The notes beneath the pieces are model-generated. The model did not search any database and was not told where the DNA came from. It was given only the letters and a program-made list of their open reading frames with translations. A stretch of DNA of 63,948 nucleotides, counting the filler, from Lama guanicoe (lineage: Eukaryota): the NCBI GenBank assembly GCA_013239625.1. It is 80 parts of 79 records of this genome, joined end to end, with 100 filler letters (N's around TTAATTAATTAA, not from the genome) between each part and the next. Parts side by side here need not be neighbours in the genome. Positions count along the whole stretch, not along the records: positions 24,848 to 26,020 come from MU056907.1; positions 26,121 to 26,650 come from PNXV01023606.1; positions 26,751 to 27,503 come from PNXV01023609.1; positions 27,604 to 28,538 come from PNXV01023610.1; positions 28,639 to 29,322 come from PNXV01023611.1; positions 29,423 to 30,174 come from PNXV01023615.1; positions 30,275 to 30,802 come from PNXV01023616.1; positions 30,903 to 31,680 come from PNXV01023617.1; 72 more parts are not named here. One strand, given 5' to 3'. The stretch's first letter is position 1, and the number at the start of each line of letters is the position of its first letter. A program made the translations under genes and the position numbers. This document shows positions 24,848 to 35,778 of this stretch, piece by piece.

Positions 24848-26020
24848 ATCTCAGCTATACAAGCTCTGCTGCTGCACCAAGGCAGGAAGGCAGGGCTCGT
24901 GTGGCTAGGTAGACATGGCCTCATTGATCGTACTCATTCCCCATTAAGCGGCAGCTTTCACGGGCACTTACCTAGCAAAAAGGTGTCGGCCATAATCATC
25001 ACGCACTTTGCTTGGTAGTTTTATTGGCCCCACCTTTGAGATGAGGTCATTGAAGCTGNNNNNNNNNNNNNNNNNNNNNNNNNNNNNNNNNNNNNNNNNN
25101 NNNNNNNNNNNNNNNNNNNNNNNNNNNNNNNNNNNNNNNNNNNNNNNNNNNNNNNNNNNNNNNNNNNNNNNNNNNNNNNNNNNNNNNNNNNNNNNNNNNN
25201 NNNNNNNNNNNNNNNNNNNNNNNNNNNNNNNNNNNNNNNNNNNNNNNNNNNNNNNNNNNNNNNNNNNNNNNNNNNNNNNNNNNNNNNNNNNNNNNNNNNN
25301 NNNNNNNNNNNNNNNNNNNNNNNNNNNNNNNNNNNNNNNNNNNNNNNNNNNNNNNGCAGACTCCGGTTCAGAAGACACTCTGAGCCTTTGAGGAACATTT
25401 TGCCTCATGACACTTTTGACTAGGACCTGCGAATTCTCTGTCCTGGTTAACTCTCTCTTCAATGCCATTTAAATTTCTTGCAGGTTCCTCCGCTCAGATG
25501 TAAAAATAGCCTCTTTTAATTTCTTGATGCAGCTCCTTAATGAAGATCTTGGGAAGGAAACCTGGCCAAACCTGGGAGGTATGGACATAGTGACTTCAAC
25601 CTCAGCATTTTGTGAAGTTCAGAATCAGGGGGGTGGGTGACTCAGGAAAGGCTTTTTTAAGGTAACAAGGGGAAAGTGAAAGGACGCAGGCTGTGTGAGA
25701 AAGAAACATCTCAGTCCAAGCCAGCAAGGCACCTGGGTTCAGGATGGAGTCTGGCGAGTGCAGAGTACAAAGAAAGAAGTGCAGATGGGAGGGAGTTGGG
25801 TACTTTATTGGGGAGGAAAAAAGTGGGCAGAACATTTCCTGGTTGAACAAGAGGATTGTGACATGATGTGCTTGTATTTTGGAGAGAAGGGTTTTGTGGG
25901 GACAGGCCTAGGATTACGCTGTCTGGCTGGGGAGTCAGCACAAAGGAGAAACACAGAGAACCGGGCAGACGCCAAGGCCCTTGCTGGGGGAGAGGCTGCC
26001 CGCCAATTGGAGCCCTGGAG
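24848..26020 (-). repeat. Multi-copy non-TE segment with exon-like features (paralogs at 41692-42267 and 44909-45543)
   Basis: 24848-25058 matches 45141-45352 in direct orientation; 25356-25790 matches the reverse complement of 41692-42125. Confidence 0.93.
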
Positions 26021-26120
26021 NNNNNNNNNNNNNNNNNNNNNNNNNNNNNNNNNNNNNNNNNNNNTTAATTAATTAANNNNNNNNNNNNNNNNNNNNNNNN
26101 NNNNNNNNNNNNNNNNNNNN

Positions 26121-26650
26121 CTGAATCCCGAGAGACAGAACGGGGTGCTGGTTGAGCTGAGGCTGGAGCAGTGTCTCCAGCCTCCCAGGCCCAGCACCTG
26201 TTCGGCTCAGGCACTCTCTTCCTGCCCGACAGTCAGTATGCAATCTTAGGACATCAGAAACACCGCCAGGGACTTCCAAATGAACTCCTTACAAAGGGAA
26301 AGGCTTATCATGGAGTATGGGACAGAGCAGGGAAATGCTCATCATCACTTTGTCCCTGTGATTATGTCAACGGCCCCACTTTGCCTTGGAAGTACAGACG
26401 AGCTCTTCTGGGCTGCCTACCCCCCCAACTTCAGCTCTGTTTCCCCGTGTATCTATCGTGCTATTCCTCGGGTAGAAGAGGGTGAGATGCCTTTGCCGAC
26501 AGGTGGTCCCCCTTTGCTGGGGAGAGTGAGGGAAGCTGTGTCCCCCCGGCCTCCTCGGGCCTTGAGTCTGGAGAGTGCTCATGGCGGTCCCACAGGTGAC
26601 AGTCCGAGGAATTGGCACGTGCTGCCGGGCCCGCTGTGAAAGCAGTGCTC
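26121..26650. repeat. Multi-copy non-TE segment, paralog of 31118-31645
   Basis: Colinear direct match over about 530 bp (CTGAATCCCGAGA...GCTCATGGCGGTCCCACAGGTGAC). Confidence 0.93.
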
Positions 26651-26750
26651 NNNNNNNNNNNNNNNNNNNNNNNNNNNNNNNNNNNNNNNNNNNNTTAATT
26701 AATTAANNNNNNNNNNNNNNNNNNNNNNNNNNNNNNNNNNNNNNNNNNNN

Positions 26751-27503
26751 GGTGAAGGACGGCTTTCACAAACACTTATCTCTCAGAACGGAGCATGTGC
26801 AGAGACGTTCGTTCATTCAGCACAAAGAAACGGGTTGCAGGAGAAACACTTACTCTGGTTTCTCAGTCTGTTTCCTAGTGCCGGTTTGAAGTGCCTGCCG
26901 TTTTCACTATAAAACCGAGTTGGAGCTTGTACCTCCCCACATATATGTATGGTGTGGTTTTGGCAACTGGAAATTAACTTTGTGTTCCCTTCAAGCTAGG
27001 TGAAGGACGGCTTTCACACACACTTATCTCTCAGAACTGAGCATGTGGAGTGACGTTCGTTAATCCAGAAGAAAGGAAAAGTGTTGCAGGAAAAACACTT
27101 ACACAGATTTCACTGTCTGTTTCCTTGTGCAGGTTCGAAGTGCCTGCCGTTTTCACTATAAAACCGAGTTGGAGCTTGTACCTCCCCACATATATGTATG
27201 GTGTGGTTTTGGCAACTGGAAATTAACTTTGTGTTCCCTTCAAGGTAGGTGAAGCACGGCTTACACACACACTTATCTCTCAGAAATCAGCACGTGGAGA
27301 GATGTTCGTTCATACAGCACAATGGGCCCGGGATGCAGGAGAAACACTTACAGTGTAATCTCAGTCTGTTTTCTAGTGCTGGTTTGAAGTGCCTATGGTT
27401 TGTAGGCGCTTTTCACTGTGAAGCCGAGTTGGAGCTTGTACATCCCCATATATATGTATTGATTGGTGATGGCAACTGAAAAGAAACTTTGTGTTCCCTT
27501 CAA
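26751..27503. repeat. Satellite A, three monomers
   Basis: GGTGAAG(G/C)ACGGCTT at 26751, 26999 and 27248 (period 248-249). Confidence 0.97.
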
Positions 27504-27603
27504 NNNNNNNNNNNNNNNNNNNNNNNNNNNNNNNNNNNNNNNNNNNNTTAATTAATTAANNNNNNNNNNNNNNNNNNNNNNNNNNNNNNNNNNNNNNNNN
27601 NNN

Positions 27604-28140
27604 GATAAGAGAGCTGGAAACTAGCTGCTGAACCAGCTCATCTGAACCCCAGTCTGCTAATATAAGCAACAACAGAGCCACCATTAGAGTTGAGCTAACA
27701 ATCTTAAAAGCTTGATGTTTCTGTTGTAGGAAAAACCACTGCTGTCCAGACAAAGATCTCCTGCTGCAAGTGGGCTCTTTTCTTCTCTTGGTTAAGGTCA
27801 TATTGGTGGGATGTTGCAAGAGCTTACCCTGGCCCATTTGCCCTTTCTCCAGATTATCAAAAGCTTTCTTCACAAATAGTGACAAATTTTCAGGACTTTA
27901 TGTTGCCATTCCAGACTTATCAGCTGACACTGGCTGCATGATTATGAGCAGAAGCCTTAGGCTCCCTGACCTTGTCTACAATTTTTCCAGCATTTCAGGG
28001 CATTTCACATTCTGATAATGCTTCACGTTTCATTTTAAATTAATTGGAAAATGTCAAAGTCTTCCATAAATAATTAATATTTCATAATATCTGCAGAAAT
28101 TTGGTATTCTTGCAGTTGGAAAAATTTTCAACTCCAATAC
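27604..28140 (-). mobile_element. Probable ERV1 internal 3' region (non-coding, degenerate)
   Basis: Resembles the antisense 3' internal region of MER4-group ERVs; recognition only. Confidence 0.4.
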
Positions 28141-30084
28141 CCTCACCTCCTTCTAGTTCACACAAATTTGATTGCAATTTGGTTACTAAATATGACAACC
28201 CCCAACCAAGGTTCTAGTCCCTCTTAGATACTACCTGTGTGAAGGTTAGAAAGGGCACAAGTTATGTGGAGTGTATAAACATACATCAAATGTTTGCAAT
28301 GGCACTGACTTCTGGACAATGCTCTGATTCTAAGAAGTAAATTAATTAGAAAACAGTATAGTTATTAGAATGGGGAAGAGAATCTGCTATTTTGGGGTGG
28401 CTGGGTGATGAAGAGATAGGAAAAAATACAGCAAATGTAAAGAGAATGCTTTAGGCGTCTGTAGGAATGAATTAAGGAGAAAATAATAATTTGTCTCCTG
28501 TACCTACCTCCACTTCGTGTCTTGAGTGACTAGACCTTNNNNNNNNNNNNNNNNNNNNNNNNNNNNNNNNNNNNNNNNNNNNTTAATTAATTAANNNNNN
28601 NNNNNNNNNNNNNNNNNNNNNNNNNNNNNNNNNNNNNNTGAATGAGATTTCACATGTGCTCCGCAGAGAACTTTAAACCCTTAGGACGCAGTCATGGAAA
28701 AATAAGCATTTTCTTTCTTTCCTCCAAGTTGGCTTTGCTGGAGAACTCCATAGACACAGGAAGACTCTAGATCCCACCTCTACTACTTACACAAAGGGCT
28801 CAACACATGGAGAGGGATCAGCGCTGGTGCGACCGGCTCCAATGTGACCACTCCCGTGCCCAGCTCCCCGAGAAGCAGAGCTCCCACCAAAGGAGCAGAG
28901 ACCCCCAGGGGCAGAGCTCCCCCCACGGACACTGCAGTGCCTACAAGAATCAGGAGTCTGATGAGTGAGCCTGGGACGGGCAAGACAGGAAGCAAGCACC
29001 GCTCCCTCAAGCTCTGCAGGTGATCTCTGTGTCATCTTGAATAAATACAGTCAGCATTAAAGATGTTTGACAAGAGGGTAAAAGGTAAGGCCTCCCCAAA
29101 TCTCCACTCATTCAGTGGGAGTCCTGTTAGAACACATGGTGACAGACGCTGGCATTACATGCGCACGTTGCCCTCAGGGCTGCAGGGGAGGCCACGGTGC
29201 TGCCTCTGCCCCACCTCCTTCCCTCGTCCCCCAGAACTCACAGAGGCTACTGACACGTTTCTCTGACTTTCTATCCTTGGTATTGCTGCTCTTCTAGCTT
29301 TTAAGAGCTCATAAACACCTCANNNNNNNNNNNNNNNNNNNNNNNNNNNNNNNNNNNNNNNNNNNNTTAATTAATTAANNNNNNNNNNNNNNNNNNNNNN
29401 NNNNNNNNNNNNNNNNNNNNNNCCCAGAGATGCTTGAGTCCTCCCACCTGCTAGTCCTGCCTCCCTGTTGCCCCCCATGGAAACCACAGGAGAGGCTCAC
29501 ACCCACTTTTCCCCTCCCCTGCCACCTGACCCGCGAGGGCCCTGCTGATGCCCCTCCAAGGGCAGTGCCCCATCTGCACGGATGCTTCTCAGCCCAGCCA
29601 GGGCCCAGTGGTCCAAGTGAGCCTACTTTGTGCGAGGCCAGGCTGCCACTGATTTCAAGACTTCAGAAGGACATCTCGGATGCGAAGGGACACATCACAG
29701 GCATATCCATATATTTTTCCTTCTAAGCCATGACTCAGGAGTAAAAGCAAAATAACATTGTGTTCAGATCCAAGAGACTCAGAGAGTTTGCCGCTGTCAG
29801 GCTGTCACTGAGAGTGAGGACGGGTGGGTTGAAGGAAGAAGTGAATGAATCCCAGAAGGAACGAGTGGAGAGTGAGACACGAGGGTGGGAAATGGGTGAG
29901 TGCAGGTCTGTCTGACAGTCATGACTGTGTAAATGAAGCATCAGGGGTTAGTAAGAACAATTATCATGAGACTAAAGACAAAAACCTCTGTGGTTCAGTG
30001 TTGTGTCCTGGCCATCACCGGCCACCCTGCCAGGGCTCAGGAAGCCTGAGCTGAGGTAGAAAGGGCAGAAAAAGTCTATACACT

Positions 30085-30174
30085 AGTCAATCCTATCCAT
30101 CTGTGTAAGAAGAATTGCACACCAAGAGCAAGTGGGAATGATTCCTGGAATGCAGGATGGCTTCACCCTAGCAA
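30085..30174 (+). mobile_element. Short ancient L1 RT fragment
   Basis: CAAGTGGGAATGATTCCTGGAATGCAGGATGGCTTC corresponds to degenerate QVGFIPGMQGWF. Confidence 0.6.
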
Positions 30175-30274
30175 NNNNNNNNNNNNNNNNNNNNNNNNNN
30201 NNNNNNNNNNNNNNNNNNTTAATTAATTAANNNNNNNNNNNNNNNNNNNNNNNNNNNNNNNNNNNNNNNNNNNN

Positions 30275-30802
30275 AGTATTTGCATGACTAAGAGATGGCT
30301 ACAGCCCGTGATTCTGCACTGGACTGTTTGGGGCTGAGGAAGTCCAGATTACATTCACTGTGTAAATGCAATCACACCAACACACTGACAGGTGGAGCTG
30401 ATGTTACAAAGCAGGCAACCTTATTCTGTAAGAGAACTCTAAATAGAAATTAAGAAATGCAATGTTCTGTACTCAATTTCATTTGTTATATGAGGCATAA
30501 ATAAACTGATAGTATATCTTGACTAATGAAACCCAAAAATAAATTGTCAATGTCAATTTTCTTCATCTGACCGTTTTATGCTAATTTTGGGTATTAAACC
30601 CTCACTCCATAAGTAAAGCTCAGGCTTACGCTGCAGCACAGTTACATACCGTGGAAGAAAGCCGATCAAGGGAGAACTGGAGTTTCCCTTTAGGAGCTAA
30701 GTGTGGTTTTGCACCTGTACATCATTAGCAACCACGTCATCGTCAAAGGAGTCAGACCTTAACTCTGTGGGGCGAAAAGCACTGCGGTGTTTCAGAACCA
30801 TC
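30275..30802 (-). repeat. Multi-copy non-TE segment, paralog of 9225-9634, containing an exon-like 115-nt block (30650-30764)
   Basis: Inverted match to 9225-9634; on the minus strand TTTTCGCCCCACAG|...CCACG|GTATGT. Confidence 0.9.
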
Positions 30803-30902
30803 NNNNNNNNNNNNNNNNNNNNNNNNNNNNNNNNNNNNNNNNNNNNTTAATTAATTAANNNNNNNNNNNNNNNNNNNNNNNNNNNNNNNNNNNNNNNNNN
30901 NN

Positions 30903-31045
30903 TTACTTTCTATATTGATTACATGTCAAAATGATAGTATTTTACATACAGAAGAATAAGTAAGATCTGTGCTTAAAATCAGTTTCTAGTTTTTTTTTCC
31001 CTTTTTTTTACTTTTTAAACGTGGCAACTGGGAAACATTATTTAC
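30903..31045. mobile_element. hAT-Charlie DNA transposon remnant (MER33/MER3-like)
   Basis: TATATTGATTACATGTCAAAATGATAGTATTTT...TTTTTACTTTTTAAACGTGGCAACTGGGAAA matches the MER33/MER3 pattern. Confidence 0.55.
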
Positions 31046-31117
31046 ATGACTCTCATTTCATTCCTGTTGGACAGCCTGTCGTGGGACAGTTTCATCCCTT
31101 TGTTTATAGATGAGACT

Positions 31118-31645
31118 CTGAATCCCGAGATGCAGAACGAAGCGCTGGTTGAGCTGGGGGTGGAGCGGATGTCTCCTGCCTCCCAGGCCCAGCACCAACA
31201 CGGCTCAGGCCCTCTACCCTGCCTGACGGCCGCCATGCCAAGTTATGATATCAGAAACACTGCCAGGGTCTTCCGAATGAGCTCCTTAGCAGGGAAAGTC
31301 ACAAAGAATGGGACAGGGCAGGGAAAAATTCGTCCTCACTTTGTCCCTGTGATTAGGTCAAAGGCCCCACTATGCCTTGGAAGTGCAGACGAGCTCTTCT
31401 GGGCTGCCTAGCCCCTCACCCTCTACCATGATTCCCTGTGTATCTTTCAGGTTGTCCCTCGGGCAGAAGAGGGTGAGATGTCTTTGCCGATGGGGGGTCC
31501 CCCTTTACTCGGGAGATTGAGGGAAGCTGTGTCCCCCCGGCCTACGGCCTCGGGCCTTTAGTCTGGCGAGCGCTCATGGCGGTCCCACAGGTGACGGTCG
31601 GAGGGCCTGGCACATGCTGCCGGGCCTGATATGGAGGAGGTGCTC
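31118..31645. repeat. Multi-copy non-TE segment, paralog of 26121-26650
   Basis: Direct colinear match. Confidence 0.93.
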
Positions 31646-32572
31646 TATGATTCTCTGTGATTCTAACGTCAGATTCTATTNNNNNNNNNNNNNNNNNNNN
31701 NNNNNNNNNNNNNNNNNNNNNNNNTTAATTAATTAANNNNNNNNNNNNNNNNNNNNNNNNNNNNNNNNNNNNNNNNNNNNTGGTGTTTAAATCCTTCCAA
31801 CAGACTCCCATCTCACAATAAAAATGAGGATATTCCAATGGTCTTTGGTGACCCGAGACAACCTGTCGTCCCCTGCCTCCTGGACTGCAGCTCCTACGGC
31901 TCCCCCCACCCATCCCACGCACTCCCTTCCTGCCACTCAGGACTCTGGCTGCTCCTCCTCAGTCTGAAAATGGGACCCCAGTGCCAGACTCGAACATCAC
32001 AGAGCGCCCCACTTCCTCTGTACTGGACAAACTTAGATCCGAATGACAGTAACTGAGCCTTGCAATGAGAACTGTGAGCACATTATTTGAAAAAATGTTC
32101 AAAGTAAATTACAAATAGAACAGGGGAGACTAAGTCAAACAGTTTTGCTAAAATTTACATTTGTCCCAAATTATGACTGAATGAAAAGTAGATGCCTTTA
32201 AGGAATGGAGAGGTCATAACAATACATGACATGATTTGAGATGAAAGTATTTCTAAATTTAATTCCAACTGACATGAATAAAAATAAAGTTATATCAACT
32301 AAAAATGTATGAAAAGCTACTGAAGGAAAAGTGCTGCAAGATACAGCATTTACACATTAACTGTCAAGGTAATCCACACAATTGAATATTTTCTCTCTTT
32401 CTCTCTCACTTCTTTTTTGTTTATTTTGTTCACATAACTGAATCTTAATTTCAAATTACTCATTTTAGGTCTNNNNNNNNNNNNNNNNNNNNNNNNNNNN
32501 NNNNNNNNNNNNNNNNTTAATTAATTAANNNNNNNNNNNNNNNNNNNNNNNNNNNNNNNNNNNNNNNNNNNN

Positions 32573-33058
32573 TTAATGAATATAGAATTTAGAATATAGA
32601 ATGTAGAACACAGAATATACAGTATAGAATATACAATAGAGTGTATAGAATCGAGAATTTAGAACATGTAATGCAGAACACAGAATTTAGAATATAGAAT
32701 ACATTATACTGAATATAAAATATAGAATGTAGAACACAGAATTTAGAATATAGAATACAGAATGCTGAATATAAAATTTACAATATAGAATGTAGAACAC
32801 AGAATATAGAAAATAGAAAAGAGAATATAGAACCCAGAATTTAGAACATGGAATGCAGAGCACAGAATTTACAATATACTCTACAGAATACTATATAAAT
32901 AATTAAAAAATTCTATGTAGAACACAGAATATAGAATATGAAATGCAGAATACTGAATAAATAATTTAGAATATAGAATCTAGAAAACAGAATAATAAAA
33001 TTGCTTAGGAAATATTGAAGCCAGAATTTGGAACATGGAAAGCAGAACTAAGAATTTA
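32573..33058. repeat. Satellite C (AGAAT strand)
   Basis: Heptamer array with TTTAGAACATGGAATGCAGA landmark. Confidence 0.95.
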
Positions 33059-33158
33059 NNNNNNNNNNNNNNNNNNNNNNNNNNNNNNNNNNNNNNNNNN
33101 NNTTAATTAATTAANNNNNNNNNNNNNNNNNNNNNNNNNNNNNNNNNNNNNNNNNNNN

Positions 33159-34010
33159 CAATGGGTCAAAGATTAAATCAAAGAGGAAACTAAAAAAGGC
33201 CTTGAGAGAAATGACAATAAAACACAACTACCCAAAAATCTATGGGATGCAGCAAAAACAGTCATAAGAGGGAAGTTTATAGTAATGCAGTCCTACTTCA
33301 AAAAGAAAGAAAGAAAGAAAGAAAAATCTCAAATAAACAAACTAAACTACCACATAAAAATTATAAAACAAAGAAGAAACAAAACCTAAAGTCAGTAGAA
33401 GGAAAGAAATAATAAAGATCAGTGAGAAATAAATAAAAGAGATTAATAAAAGAGATAATAGAAGAAATCAATAGAAACAGCTGTTTTTTTGAAAGAATAA
33501 ACAAGATTGACAAACCTCTGGCTTGGCTCCCCAAGAAGAAATGTAAGAGGACACAAAATTATAAAAGAAAGAGGTGAAATTGTAACCAATACCACAGATA
33601 TACAAAAATAAATAAATAAATAAAACAGAATACTATGAACAATTATAGACCAACAAAATTGAACAACCTGGAAGAAATGGACAAGTTTCTAGAAATTCTT
33701 CATCCACCAAAACTGAATCAAGAAGAACTAATAGTAAGAACAAACCAATCACTAGAAGTGAAATAGAATCTGCAATAAAAGCAAAACAAAACAACAAAAA
33801 TCCCCCCTGCAATCAAAGCCCAGGAAGGATGGCTTCACACTGCCAGACACACAGAGAAGATCTTGCACCAGTCCTTCTCAAACTCTTCCAAAAGATAAAG
33901 AGGGGGCGATGCTCCTCAAATCATCTACAAAGCCACCATCACCCTGATATCAAAACCAGATGAAGACACTGCCAAAATAGAAAACTACAGGACAGTATCT
34001 TTGATGAAAA
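33159..34010 (+). mobile_element. LINE-1 ORF2 fragment (degenerate)
   Basis: [28 protein letters not shown] and ATITLISKP..ENYRTVSLM motifs. Confidence 0.93.
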
Positions 34011-34110
34011 NNNNNNNNNNNNNNNNNNNNNNNNNNNNNNNNNNNNNNNNNNNNTTAATTAATTAANNNNNNNNNNNNNNNNNNNNNNNNNNNNNNNNNN
34101 NNNNNNNNNN

Positions 34111-34893
34111 TCATAGTGAGAAGGCCCTCCTCAAAGTAGAAGAGAAATTTCAAGTAAATGTTCTAACGTTCTATGTACACTAATCACGAAAAGAGGAGCA
34201 AAAAAAAACCAAATGTCAGCAGAAAGCGGGAAATAATGAAGATCAAAGAAAAAATAATTGAAATAGAGTTTAAAAATAGAAAAAATCGAAATCTTTTTTG
34301 AAATAGTAAACAAAATTGACAAAGCTCTGGACAGAATCATCGACAAGAATAGAGAGAGAGCACAAATAACATAAGAAATGCCAATGCAGAAACTTCAAAG
34401 AGTAAAACAAACTTGCAAAGTATCATAAGGAAATACCATGAGCAAAAGTATGGAAACAAACTTTATAACCAGGAAGAAATGCAGAAGTTTCTGGAAACAT
34501 TCAGCCAACAATTTTTGCATTAAGAAGAAATTAACCATTTGAACAGACAGATCACCCAAAATGGAATAGAATTATCAATAAAATAAAAAATCTCTGCAAA
34601 CAAAATTCAGACCCAAATACCTTCACTGGGGAATTTGAGAAAACATACAAAGAAAAATCCATACCACTCCTCCTCAGGATTGATATGGAAGTACTCCCAA
34701 TCTCACACCATAAGGCCAACATAAACCTGATACCAAAACTACACAAAGACACTACCCAGAAAAGAAACCTATAGGTCAATATCCTTGATAAACATAGATG
34801 TAAAAGTCTTTAGGATATTATTAACAAACCGAATCCAACAGCAAGTAAAAAAAGATTATATACCATGGTCAAGTTAGGTGCATACCAGGAACA
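34111..34893 (+). mobile_element. LINE-1 ORF2 fragment (degenerate)
   Basis: FFEIVNKIDKAL, YGNKLYNQEEMQKFLET and NL*VNILDK/ISLINIDV-like RT start. Confidence 0.9.
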
Positions 34894-34993
34894 NNNNNNN
34901 NNNNNNNNNNNNNNNNNNNNNNNNNNNNNNNNNNNNNTTAATTAATTAANNNNNNNNNNNNNNNNNNNNNNNNNNNNNNNNNNNNNNNNNNNN

Positions 34994-35678
34994 CTCTCTA
35001 TTATAAATAATTCTGCAGTGAATATATGTTTGAATTTATCTTCTGTAGTTTTTGTTTTTATTTTCTTGGAATAAGTATCCTGATATGGAAATGTTGGATT
35101 GTATTTCATTCTAAATTTTTAGATAAAACTGCATACTGTTTTCCACAGTGGCAGCACAAATTAAATTCACTCCAGCAGTGCATCAGGGTTGTTCTTCTTA
35201 CATCCTCACCAACACTTATATTTGTTATCTTTTTGATAATATTCATTCTGACAGGACTGACATACAATCATTTTGTGTTTGGGCTTGCATTTTTTTGATG
35301 GTTTGTGATGTTGAACAGTTTCTTATGTCTGCTGAATACCTTTCCCCACTGTATATTCATATTTTGTAATGGGCTAAATGACCATAACTGTCTGATTTCA
35401 TTTTCAGGGATTCTTTGTGTTCATTCCATTATTTTCTTTGTTCTGTTCCACTACCGTATTCTTTTTATTACTGTAGCTTTCTATTATAGTTTCAAATCAG
35501 AGAAAGTGATACATCCTCTTTATTCTTTGTCAAATATGTTTCTGCTTATTGTTTGTTTTGTTTTCTTTTATTTTAGTGATTTCAACTCTTTTCTGTTTAC
35601 ATGTAAATTTTAGAATTCTTTATTGTAAGTTCTGAATATGCCCTTGGTATTTTGATAGGCACTGGATTTAATTAATTT
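34994..35678 (-). mobile_element. LINE-1 ORF2 3' fragment(s), antisense, degenerate with internal deletion
   Basis: CTGCATACTGTTTTCCACAGTGGCAGCAC..CATCCTCACCAACACTT..ATATTCATTCTGACAGG and GGTATTTTGATAGGCACTG are antisense L1 hallmarks. Confidence 0.85.
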
Positions 35679-35778
35679 NNNNNNNNNNNNNNNNNNNNNN
35701 NNNNNNNNNNNNNNNNNNNNNNTTAATTAATTAANNNNNNNNNNNNNNNNNNNNNNNNNNNNNNNNNNNNNNNNNNNN

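Noticed and set aside
28729..29020. Pro/Thr/Arg-rich exon-like stretch with a short internal repeat (GCAGAGCTCCC twice)
   Set aside because: There are stops in all three frames between the candidate splice sites and no recognisable homolog.
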